Made by a program: the position numbers and the translations under genes. 64,000 bases of DNA, from positions 754,074 through 818,073 of the forward strand of contig NW_003314273.1 of assembly GCF_000143415.4 (NCBI RefSeq), in the 5' to 3' direction. The stretch comes from Selaginella moellendorffii (Eukaryota > Plantae > Lycopodiophyta). The notes under the pieces were generated by a model. The model saw only the letters and a program-made list of their open reading frames with translations. It was not told where the DNA came from and made no database searches. Shown here in pieces: positions 24,691 to 36,300 of this stretch (positions are counted from its first letter, which is position 1; each line of letters starts with the position of its first letter).

Positions 24691-26688
24691 TCATGATCTC
24701 AGTATCGCAGCCAGTATGTCCGGCGGCGCAGCCAGTGGTAATCCGGAAGAATTTGCAGCGATCCCACGGCAGCAACAGCCAAGTCCTGGGAAACTCTCAC
24801 CTTTAGTTGAAACCCAAAAGGAAAAGCAATGACTTTCACGAACCTGATCGTAGATGAAACGCTCCGCAACTCTCCTCACGGTCGCCGCATCCACAGCATC
24901 GATCCTGGCGAATAATTCCGCCAGGGGAATTCTACGACCATACGTGAGTATCTGCAAAAGTTACGGACACTGGAGTCAGCATTTTTTGTTTTCGCGCGAG
25001 GAAGTACCTGGCGTCCAATGTCCTCGGCGATGGGACTGGTACCATCGAGGTGAAGTAACAGGCAGGCCTTGAGCTGCATCCATCCAGAACCACGGTGTCG
25101 TTAGAACTAAATCGTGCTTCTGAAGGACTTTTGAGTAAAACCAACCTGGTTTCTAGCACGAATCACGTCATCCTCGCGAACATGGTAGACCATATGGGTC
25201 ATCTCTCGCGTGATTACCCATGCAAGGTCGTCCAAAACGTCTGGCTGGAGAGGTCAGGGAGGAAATTAAGAGCGTTGCAAAAAAACTGAAACGAGAACAA
25301 AAAAAAAAGGAAAGAAAAAACAAACCTTTGCAACAGCGTAGACTCCAAATAATCCCGAGTCACTGTAGTTTGTGTTGAATGCCATGATACTCTCCGCGAT
25401 ATTGTTCGCTGACACCTTTTGGGCCATTTCTGACCTGTACAATCGGAAAAGTTGAAAGAGTGGACTCAAATCGTCACAGATACATACCCCATATGCTTCC
25501 CAGCTCCGGAATTCTTATTCCATGAGCCAAGCATCGTCTGCATAACCATCAAGGGAATGGAATCCGGGTCGGTCCATGAGGCTCCCTTGACAGCAATCGC
25601 AACATACGCCAGTGGAATATCATCGTCTCTAAACCTCACCTGTAAGAACAAAACAAGAAAATGTCAGCAGGAGCCTACAACAAGTTTGACAAAACTTACG
25701 TCGGACCCAGTAAAGAAAGCTGGTTCTTTCTCGATGAGATCGGCCGCTGTGGTGCCGTCGCTTGGAAGCGAGCCAAACAGCCTCTCAACATCCCGGACGA
25801 GGGCATCGTGATTCACAGCACCAGCAGCAGAGACAACCTGACAAGAAGACAAGATCAATGAAACAAGAGCACCACAGAACGAGATTTTACCATGCGTGGC
25901 CCTGTGTAATGCGTCGAGATATAGTTCTCCAGATCTTCCTTCGTGATGGAGCGGATGTTCTCCTCGGGTCCAAGGATTGTCCGGCCCAGAGGACTGTACT
26001 GGAAGGCAGTAGCATGCAAGTGATCAAACACCACTTCCTCCATCTGCCCTTCGACCTGATCAAGAACAAGAAAGGAAGAAAAAAAGCACTCAGAGAAACA
26101 AAAGAAAGAAGAAAAAGAAAAGAGCCTTTTTACCTCTTTCATCTCCCGGAGAATCACATTCCTCTCTCGCGCGATCCTGTCCTCGTCAAAGTTGGAGTTT
26201 TGGAGAATGTCGGCCAAGATATCCACGGCGACCGGCACATCCTTCTTGAGAACCTTGGCGTAGTACGTGGTCTGCTCGCGCGAGGTGTAGGCATTGAGAT
26301 GGCCTCCCATATTCTCGATCTCCTCCTCCAGCTTTTGCATACTCCTCTTCTTGGTCCCCTTGAAGATCATATGCTCCAAGAAATGGGCGGTGCCATTGGT
26401 AGCATCCGTCTCGAATCGGCTGCCCGCATCGATCCACACCCCGACCGTGGCGGTCTCAGCTGCCATATTCGACTCGGTGGCGACGCGCAGGCCATTGGAG
26501 AGCGTGGTGATGCGCGTCGGGGGCGTGGCGAGGATGCTGCTGTGATCCACGGTGCTAGGGACGGGCGAGTTGAAGCGAGTGAAGCGCTCATCGGGGATGG
26601 TGAGCGAGGCGGCGGCGGCGGAGGAGGAGGCAAACCTGGAGTTCCAGCGGGCGGCCCGCCGCGCGGCAGCTGCCACAAGCCTGCTCAT
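24691..26688 (-). CDS. MPPbeta: Mitochondrial processing peptidase beta subunit (cytochrome bc1 core), multi-exon
   Basis: HFLEH inverted zinc motif, [15 protein letters not shown] and [11 protein letters not shown]. Confidence 0.93.
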
Positions 26689-28618
26689 GGCCGAATGGAG
26701 TTGCCCTAGCGAGCTAGGGCTCTAGTGCAAAGGGGAAGAACTTTTGATTATTATAATTACCACTAATTAGTGCCTCAAAATTTTCTTGACACCTCATCTG
26801 AGAATTTGCTGTATACAACATTTCAATGGGGATGGAGTGAAATTGCAATTGTGAGAACGAAAAAAAACAAAGGCTTTCTTTCATATTTTTGAACACCCAT
26901 GGAACAATCTAATAAAACAGTTACATATGTTTATAGAAATTATTATATAAAGTTAAAATATAAGTTAAAATAAAATTAAAAATAATATAATAAATATTTA
27001 TTATAAAAATAATTATAGACGTCACATATTTTTATTATCAACAAATTTGGTTATGTAAATAGATTACAACTTAAATTTAATGGCTATAGAGAAACTATTT
27101 TATCCACTTTGGATTTAATAGCAATAAAAAAACATTTTATCTTAAATTTCATCTTGTTTTATGGTTACAAAGAAAACTTCTTGAGTTTTACAGCTACAAA
27201 TTTTATTTTATGATTTCCTAATTAAAGGGAAAGAAATAAATTTTAAACTTAAATAAAATAATTAAGAAAGACTAAAATGATAAACAACAATATATAATAA
27301 AAAATTTATATATCTATATATCTTGATAAGAAACCTTTCTCTTGAAAACAAAGTATAAAATCATAGTAATTACTTACTAAGGATTTATGTTATCTTAAAA
27401 TTGTACAATATTTATTCTTTATCAAGGTTATTACAACAATATTTTGTTATTACTAAAACCTAGATTAAATATCTATATTTAATAATGAAAGCTATTTATA
27501 TTAGATTATGTGGTACCACTAGTAACAAAACAACTATAATTAAAGGTGTAAGATTTGTAAATACATGTATGTATATATATGTATTATCCTGCCTAGGTAA
27601 TACACTAATTATAATACTAAAGTATATAGACTGTCCATTTGGAATTGAATTTAGTCCATCCATTTTTGTATATAAGCAAGAGTCTAAACCCTAATTAATA
27701 TTCCTATTTTTATATCTTGAATACTCATATTAGTGGAGATGAAAGGCATTGCAATTTGTCCTTGAAGGGCAAAGCTTTTTGGCAATGCTTTGCTTTAGTT
27801 TTCGGGTTATGCTTTTTTGTTCTTATTTCTTCATTCTCTTTTAAATTTAGAACTATATTAGTTTTTTGCAAGATTTAGAATTTTAATTATCATTATGCTT
27901 ATATTTACTTTTCTTGTGATTTTATTGCATTTTCTTCTTCTACTATGCCATGCCGTCATTGATCAAAGAGTATGTCACTTCAAGTTGCTACTCCATTGGA
28001 TCAAACTTTTGGTGATGTAGGGTGTGATCATGTTGGTGTTATGCATATCCTTGGTGTGTTGTTGCCTCCAACTTCCATAGAACATGATTACATAGTTTGT
28101 TCTATTCTCAGTGTTCTACCATCTTATGTTCATGTAGAGTGAGATCGTGACATTAATTGGCAAGTTATAGATTATGCAATTTAATTATTGGAAAATGTTC
28201 GAAGATCAAGTTTATGGCAAGGCAATGTATATAAGCTCAAGTGAATTCCAGAATGTAATAATGAATTTGATTATTATGGAGATAGCTTTGAAGATGAAGT
28301 GAAGATTTCACGGGGTAGATATTAATCTTTCATTCTGTCATCTGATCTTTTCTTTTTCCCTTTTGCTCTTTCCCAACCTTTTCTTATGTTTTAGCTTAAG
28401 CCACCTTATCATATCCCTAGTATTTCTTCCTCATTTGTAGTGTTTTCTTCTTTTGGTATGTCAATCATTTATAACTTTTATGATTTTCATTCTTAATTTA
28501 ATGTTGAGTTGAGTGTTTTCTATCCTTTTCATACTAATCTAGATGTTAGGTGTGTCTATAAAGTTGAGAATCTTGCTTTTGTTTCATTAATAGAGTCTTT
28601 GTGATCATGGGATGAGAT

Positions 28619-29213
28619 TGTAAGCAACCAAAGGGAACGACTTGAGAGACGATCCATGGGGTTCAAATATAGAGGGAAAGGGCCCATGAATAAGAGTGCA
28701 CCCCCTTTTCCAATCGGTTAAGGGTCTTGGGATAGTTGGAGTTAAGCGTCCTTGGGTTTGAATAGTACTGGGCTGGGTGACCTCCCAGGAAGTCCAAACG
28801 CAGGAGCTTACATTTGGTATCAGAGAGGGTCTTGGGTCCGACTCTGTTGGTTGGCTTAGGGGAATCGCACCACATGTTGATTGACATCTGGCTGGTCCAG
28901 TTTGCTCCCGCTGGGCTCGACCCGAGGGGTAGGGTGTCAAGAGAGCGAGGCTCTCGGGAGAGTTGCGGCTCTCAGCTTCCGTTCACGAGGGCGTGAACTT
29001 GCAGGGAAGCGTGGTGGATTGTAAGCAACCAAAGGGAACGACTTGAGAGACGATCCATGGGGTTCAAATATAGAGGGAAAGGGCCCATGAATAAGAGTGC
29101 ACCCCCTTTTCCAATCGGTTAAGGGTCTTGGGATAGTTGGAGTTAAGCGTCCTTGGGTTTGAATAGTACTGGGCTGGGTGACCTCCCAGGAAGTCCAAAC
29201 GCAGGAGCTTACA
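28619..29213 (+). mobile_element. Intact Cassandra-type TRIM, 595 bp, with 5S rRNA-derived segment in each LTR
   Basis: Identical 194-bp LTRs (28619-28812, 29020-29213), TSD GAGAT, iMet PBS TGGTATCAGAG and a 207-bp non-coding core. 28740-28795 (AGTTAAGCGT...GGGTGACCTCC..GGAAGTCC) matches the 5S Box A-IE-Box C region. Confidence 0.95.
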
Positions 29214-29395
29214 GAGATTTGGATATACTGTCACTGTGGATCCTTAGAACCTTGGGGGAAATAAAGATAAAATAACCATTGAGGGCTCTCTTATCAAGCA
29301 ATTGCCCCTTTTCTAGTTAACTTAAGGGGAGAGAAATAGAGTGCATTACATGTGGTATTGGAGCAAATGGCATAGGTTCGATTCCCATTAATTAG

Positions 29396-30056
29396 TGGTT
29401 ATTTAAAATATAATATACCCTTGAGCAAGATATATTCCTACTCCTAAATTTATATTTCTATCCCCAAATTTGAAATCTTATGTATTGGGCATCCATATAT
29501 ATGTCTTTCTTTTTGTGGAACATCCCAGACAAAGGTATCCACCATAGGACTACAATACAAGTGGATGACTAGTTGCCTTACATGGAATAGCTAATCTACA
29601 TTATAAAAGGATTAGTAAATTTAATGCAAAAATAGTGGCCTACACAATTGAAAGATTTGTTATTTAAAATATAATATACCTTTGAAAAAGGTATATTCCT
29701 ACTAAATTTATATTCCTACCCCTAAATTTGAAATTGTACATATTGGGCAATTGTGTAGGCCACCATTTTTGCATTGAATTTACCAATCCTTCCATTATGT
29801 AAATTAACTATTTTATGTGAGGCAACTAGTCATCCATCCGTACCATAGTCTTATGGTGAATACCTTCGCTTGGATGCTCCACAAAAGGAAGGACGTGTAT
29901 ATGGAGGAAGGATTGGTTACTTAAAATATAATATACCTTTGAGTAAGGTATATTCCTACTTCTAAATTTATATTCCTACCTATTGGGCATCCATAATACG
30001 TCCTTCCTTTTGTGGAGCATCTCAAATGAAGGTATCCACCATAGAATTACGGTACA
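29396..30056. repeat. Three-unit A+B array with B inverted in the middle unit; third B continues at 39116-39190
   Basis: A (about 95 bp) occurs three times in direct orientation. B (about 160 bp) is forward at about 29491-29650, reversed at about 29749-29905 and forward again from about 29989. Confidence 0.8.
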
Positions 30057-31127
30057 TGTAGCGCACGTGGTTTTGACCCTTTATCCTATAGTGATTTACC
30101 ATAGGATAACACCATGAAGCAGACTCTAACCCTCTTTGTGCCATGTGACAGATGCCACGTGTCCATACCACGTGTCCATAGAAACCCGAGGTTCAGGGCC
30201 TTGGGCCACTGAACGAAGGAACGGTGCCAAACTCCCAAACACGAAGCCAAAGAGTGACGAAACCGAACCACGGAGCAACTCCCGAGCATAAAGCCCAAGG
30301 AGCAAAAGGACAGGAGCCCGGAGCAACTTGGAATAGTCTTAAAGTAACCAGCATCCCAATGCCAAGACCAGCACGCAAAACAGAGCTAAACGGAGTCTGG
30401 TGCTATTTCGGCATATCGGTGGCCTAACGCGAGGACATGGGTACTCCACCAGCTAGCATGGTGTGGAACTTAGACTTAGATCCAAGCTGGACGTAGAACA
30501 AGGACAGGCACGCAAGCGGGAGTTAGACTATGCCTCAAGTTGGTTGGCCATATTTTCCGACCTACCCACTATCCCTACTATACATTTGGAACCCCCCACA
30601 GCCCCCCCTTGAGGAACACACGCTTTGGGCTTTCACCCCAAGCCTCCCTTAGTATCAAGAGTTAGTCTTTGGGATAAGCTCAAAATTTACTAAATATGGA
30701 ATATCTTTAGATTGCGAATTTGGATATGGGACAAACACCATTGTGTTTAGGCCGATCTCTACATTCTGTAGACATGTCAAATGAGCAAATCTAGACACTT
30801 TCCATAATTAGCATTTGGGACCGAAATGAGACTAACACAAAGGGCATGATAGTGAGGGTGTTTGGTAAACACGGTAAGCTATCACATACCGATATTAAGG
30901 GACTAATCTTAATACGCGAGGGTTCTTATCACTAGCTAGTGCAAGACATAACGAGACAGGAACTCCTTACCGGGTTATGTTTAGTTAATAACAAGTAGGA
31001 ATTCTGTCTTTATGCTCATTCAGTCTAAGTACACTCGAAATGCCTGTAAGGAACCAACTCGCCGAGGTGTCGTAGGCTAAAGGAACCCCGAAAGCATGAC
31101 CAAAATGACAAAGAGTTCATCGGATGG

Positions 31128-31402
31128 GACCAAGTCGAAGATCGAGTCCAAGACCGACTCTAGGACCGAGTTCGAGATCGAGTCCGGAATCAAGTCCGAG
31201 ACCGACTCGGGGACCGAGTTCGAGTCCGAGTTCGAGACCGAGTTCGAGACGGAGTCCGAGATCCGAAATCGGGTCCGAGACCGAGTCCGAGGTCGAGTCC
31301 GAGGTCGGGTCCGAGATCGGGTCCGAGATCGAGTCCGAGATCAAGTCCAAAACCGAATCCGAAGTCGGATCCGAAATCGGGTCCGAGATCGAGCCAGAGA
31401 CT
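31128..31402 (+). repeat. Degenerate 6-bp tandem repeat (GAGTCC/GAGACC/GAGATC) in the LTR; second copy about 37901-38175
   Basis: Visible hexamer periodicity, rich in CpG. Confidence 0.9.
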
Positions 31403-32251
31403 AAGTCCAAATACTAATACGGGTCAAGGGGTGAAAGCCCAAAGCGTGCGTCTCCCAGGGGGGGGGGGCTGCAGGGGGTTCCAAAAGTATAGTAGGGATA
31501 GTGAGGTCCAGGAACCAGTTTAGAAGGGACTCTCCAGTGGGGCTCCCAAACTGACTTGAGGTTGGGACTGGGACCGAGGGGCCTTGGGTGGGAGTGAGCA
31601 TGGACTTGGCTAGTGCCGGAGGGGCCATCCAAGGAAGTGCTCAAGAGCAGCTCCCACTCCCGAAAGGGAAACCGATTGCGGTGCTCCCGGCTCATATGGA
31701 GTGGTGCCCCACTTGAGTACCATGCGGCTCATTGGTCCTCGCCCTTCCTAGGGGCTTGGGCCTTCCTTCGGGATGGAAGTGGGGGGCGAGAGGTACCCAT
31801 ACCGGGCTGCTAGGCCACAGTGTTTTGCCCCGGCGTCCCGAAGCAAGTGTTGCACTCAAGACTTGGGATTTAGAGGGTCCCATGATCAAGTCTTGTGGTA
31901 CCAAAGGATGTTAGGAACCTAGAAGCTTGGTGTGCTTGGCTGCTTGTGCTTGCGGGGAGTGTAGCCGAACCTTAAGTCCAGTCTAACCCGAGGAGGGGGA
32001 TTGGGAGTGATTTGGGAATCCGTGGATGGATGGCTAACACTCCGTTGCTCGTGCAGTGAGTAGCTGAGACCAAGTAGGAGCTGGTACCATAGGCGAGAAC
32101 CTTGGCAAGGGAACTTAGCAAGAGCTAAGGCGGTGTTGGACGGATAGACGAGGTAAGCTGGCAAATTGGAAAGGAAAAATTTGTGGCTTACAATTTGGTA
32201 TCGGAGCCTTTATCTCAGTTCTAGCGAAGGATAGAGGCGGATTGCTGGGAG

Positions 32252-33313
32252 ATGGCAAGGGCAGGGCGTAAGCGAACCCAGGCGGAGACGGAACCTCCGC
32301 CAGAGCTGGAGCCTCCGGTTGAACAAGAGGCTATGGATGAGGAATCCTTGCATGAGGAGGACTCCAGTGAGGAAACTTCCAAACAGGAGTCCGGTGGTGA
32401 GGTTCGGTCGTCCAAGGCGAGATTGGACGTGCTAGAAGGACAGTTGGCACAGACCAATGCCCTGCTAGAGACTCTCGTACGCAAGTTAAAGCGTGACGAG
32501 AAGCGGAAGAAAAAGCGAAAGACTGCGGATGCTGGCAGCGCAGAAGGTGCGGACCCTTCGGCAGGGACTGAGGCAAAACCAGACAAGGTCGAACAGACCG
32601 AAGTGGAATCAATCCCTCAGGCAGTTCCCAAGTACAAACCAAAGCCCCCACCGGTGTTCAAGGGAGTGAACGACTATAAGGTTGTGGAGGATTGGTTTTA
32701 CGATATGGAGGACTACTTCCGAGCGTTGCGGTTACCGAGCTCGGAGAAGGTCCCATGTGCAAAACCATACTTGGCAGATAATGCCAAGTCTTGGTGGAGA
32801 ACAACGGAGGCCAACGAAGGACCGGTGGCCACCTGGGACATGATGAAGGCGAGGATCCGCGCGACATACGTTCCTCCGAATGCCACTCTGCATCTGAGAG
32901 ATGAGCTGAGTAGGCTGAAGCAGACTGGAACCATCCAGGAATATGTGAATGGGTTCATGGCCAAGAGGATACTTGTCACGGACATGGGGGATATGGATGC
33001 GTTCCATGCCTTTATATCAAGTTTGCAAACCTGGGCTCGCGGTGAGGTGATGCGCTGGAACCCGACCAACTACAAGGAAGCGTTGGATGCGGCCATCAAG
33101 GTGCATTTCAATGATAACCTGCGAAAGGGGAACACGACGGGGTCGGGATCCACGTTTCACAAAGGGGCCAAACCGAGGGGAACATATAGCAAGGGGAAAT
33201 TCAAGAAGAGTTTCTCTAAGAATGAGTCCTCGGGGTTCCGGAAAGGCAAATCCGGTGGCCAGCGAGCGAGTACGTGGGGAAGTCAAGCGAAAAAAAGACA
33301 AACCCACGGATAA
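32252..33313 (+). CDS. gag: Retrotransposon Gag (frame disrupted before the Zn knuckle)
   Basis: Retrotrans_gag motifs AKSWW and [11 protein letters not shown]. The CCHC knuckle is in the +1 frame after an A7 run at 33290-33296. Confidence 0.88.
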   Translation: MARAGRKRTQAETEPPPELEPPVEQEAMDEESLHEEDSSEETSKQESGGEVRSSKARLDVLEGQLAQTNALLETLVRKLKRDEKRKKKRKTADAGSAEGADPSAGTEAKPDKVEQTEVESIPQAVPKYKPKPPPVFKGVNDYKVVEDWFYDMEDYFRALRLPSSEKVPCAKPYLADNAKSWWRTTEANEGPVATWDMMKARIRATYVPPNATLHLRDELSRLKQTGTIQEYVNGFMAKRILVTDMGDMDAFHAFISSLQTWARGEVMRWNPTNYKEALDAAIKVHFNDNLRKGNTTGSGSTFHKGAKPRGTYSKGKFKKSFSKNESSGFRKGKSGGQRASTWGSQAKKRQTHG

Positions 33314-36300
33314 GAAGGTCAAGTCGTATAGCAACGTGGGCAACAACGTATGCTACAACTGCAGCGAAGCGGAACACTTCTCGAGGGAATGTCCCTACCC
33401 GAAGAAGGCCAGAGCCAATATGGCCATCAAGTCGGGTGAAGTCCAAACTGAGGTATGTGATCCAGTCCCTAACTCAAAGTTACTCATTACACGAGCAACT
33501 TTGGTAGAGAGTCGTTCGCGACATCTACTAGCCCTCCGAGGGAAGCTCGGAGGTAGCTTTGTTAAGATCCTTATTGACACGGGTGCTTCGGATAATTTTG
33601 TGGCTGCAGACATAGTCCGGCAAGCCGGACTAACGGTGCAGCGGCTAGGCGAACCAAGGACTATAGAGTTTGTTCAAGGTAGCCAAAGCACCGATGAGGT
33701 ACTTCGACAAGCGAGAGTCGAAGTGGGGACATGGAAAGTGGACATGGATTTCACCGTCTTGGACATGGCGGGATTTGACGTGATCTTCGGAATGGATTGG
33801 TTTAATCGGTTCGTGGTAGCCCTGCATGGACAAGGTAGGAACCTTGTGGTATTGGCGAATGCCCAAGGAAGAAGATCTAGGGTGGAGGCCCAGGATCTAA
33901 AGGTAGGGCAAAGCAAGGCCAAAGAGTCATGCTTAAACCTGGTGTCCACGAGAGGACAACTCACTAAAGGAACTAAGGCAGCCTTTTTGTGCTTACTCTC
34001 GGTGAAGAGTGATAAAAAGACAAGAACGGAAGAAGTACCTTTAGTGATCCAGCAGGTGCTGGACCAATTCCAGGATACGATGCCGGAGGAGCTACCGGCG
34101 GGGTTGCCCCCCGCACGACCGATAGAACATAAGATTGAGCTGGTCGAGGGTGCTGAGGCGGTGGTTCGTCCACCCTATCGATTGAACGAAAAAGAACTCA
34201 AGGAGCTCAAAAGCCAACTAGAGGAGTTGGTGGACAAAGGGTATGTTAGGTTGAGCAAGTCGCCGTATGGGGCGCCGGTGTTATTTGTGAAAAAGAAAGA
34301 TGGATCTATGCGCATGTGCATAGACTACCGGTTGTTCAACAAGTATACCAAGAAGAACAAGTACCCTTTGCCAAGGATCGAGGACCTGTTCGATAGGTTG
34401 GGAAAGGCAAAATACTTCTCGAGGATTGACCTAAGGTCAAGATACTACCAGATCAGGGTAGCTGAGGAAGATGTCGAGAAGACAACCTGTCGAACGAGGT
34501 ATGGGAGCTTTGAGTTTTTGGTGATGCCCTTTGGGCTGTGCAATGCGCCGGCAACGTTTTCGGCGTTGATGAACCATATCTTTGTACCCTATCTGGATCA
34601 CTTCGTGGTCGTCTATATTGACGACATCCTGATCTATAGCGAGACGCTAGAGGAGCATGCCGAACACTTGGTGAAGGTGTTTGAGAAACTAAGGGAACAC
34701 AAACTGTATGCTAAAGAGAGCAAATGTGACTTTGCTCAACAAGAGGTAAAGTTTCTCGGGCATGTGGTGGGCCGGGACGGGCTCAAGGTGGACCCGGAGA
34801 AGGTCCAAGCGATCCAGGAATGGGAACGACCATCGAATGTACATGAGTTGAGGGCGTTTTTGGGGCTATGCAACTACTATCGAAAGTTTATCAGACACTA
34901 TTCGAGAGTAGCCCTGCCCTTAACGGACCAAACAGGAAAAGGGAAGATGGTATGGACAGCGGAATGCGAGGCGGCATTCGTCCACCTCAAAGGGAAGTTG
35001 AGGAAGGCTCCGGTGTTGGCATTACCAGACTTTGGTAAGGACTTTGAGGTAGACACGGATGCTTCGGACTTTGCGTTGGGCGCAGTTTTGAAGCAAGACA
35101 ACCATCCAGTAGCGTTCTTCTCGAAAAAGCTGGACAAGGCTCAACGGAAGTGGCCTGCCCACGAGAAGGAATTGTTTGCGGTGGTCAAGGCGCTCAAGGA
35201 GTGGCGACACTACCTTGGGAGACACTTCAAGGTTTACACGGACAATGTGGCAACGAAACACTTCTTGTCACAGCCCGACCTAAGGGGAAAACAAGGTCGG
35301 TGGGCTAATGCTTTGGCCGAGTTTGATTGCGAGATCCTGTACAAGCCTGGGAAGAGCAACACCGTGGCAGATGCGCTAAGTCGAAAAGCGAGCTTGAAGT
35401 TGGCGATATCTAGCGCGACAGCAACCTTTTGGGACGATGTGCGGACCGCATACGAGAGTGATGGTCTAGCACAAGAAGTGTTGCTGAGGAATCTGGAGGC
35501 ACGGGAAGCTCACCAGAGAGGTGAGCTGCCAACGGAAGAGAAAACGGGCTATGCGGAACGCAACGGACTCATATATTACAAGCAAACGAGAGGTACCCAT
35601 ACCGGGCCACTAGGCCACGGTGTTTCGCCCCGGCGTCCCGAAGCAAGTGTTGCACTCAAGACTTGGGATTTAGAGGGTCCCATGATCAAGTCTTGTGGTA
35701 CCAAAGGATGTTAGGAACCTGGAAGCTTGGTGTGCTTGGCTGCTTGTGCTTGCGGGGAGTGTAGCCGAACCTTAAGTCCAGTCTAACCCGGGGAGGGGGA
35801 TTGGGAGTGATTTGGGAATCCGTGGATGGATGGTTAACACTCCGTTGCTCGTGCAGTGAGTAGCTGAGACCAAGTAGGAGCTGGTACCATAGGCGAGAAC
35901 CTTGGCAAGGGAACTTAGCAAGAGCTAAGGCGGTGTTGGACGGATAGACGAGGTAAGCTGGCAAATTGGAAAGGAAAAATTTGTGGCTTACCAGAAGGGG
36001 AACTAAGGAAGGTAGCCTTGGAAGAGTGTCATGACGAACCTCTCGCGGGACACGGCGGAGTGCCCAAGACGATGGGCTTACTCAAAAGGAAGTATCACTG
36101 GCCAGATATGGCTAAGGACGTCCAAGACTATGTAAAGACATGTCCAACATGTCAGCAGGTCAAAGCCGTGACGAAGGCTAGTGGGGGCTTGTTGCAAAGC
36201 ATCCCCATTCCAGATCGTCCGTGGAAATGTCTCACGATGGACTTCATCACGGGACTACCCCCAAGCGAGGGGTTCGATGCGATATTCGTGGTGGTGGACC

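Noticed and set aside
28740-28795. 5S rRNA gene
   Set aside because: Only the internal promoter segment is present, embedded in LTRs; the 5' and 3' parts of 5S are absent.
31096-31417. RD/SE-rich ORFs in the LTRs (also 37869-38190)
   Set aside because: By-products of a stop-free hexamer repeat that is open in several frames.
33265-33272. Ty3-like GCG-AGT +1 programmed frameshift site
   Set aside because: Incomplete match to the yeast heptamer, dependent on yeast tRNA pools, and it would leave Gag without its knuckle. Homopolymer slippage is simpler.
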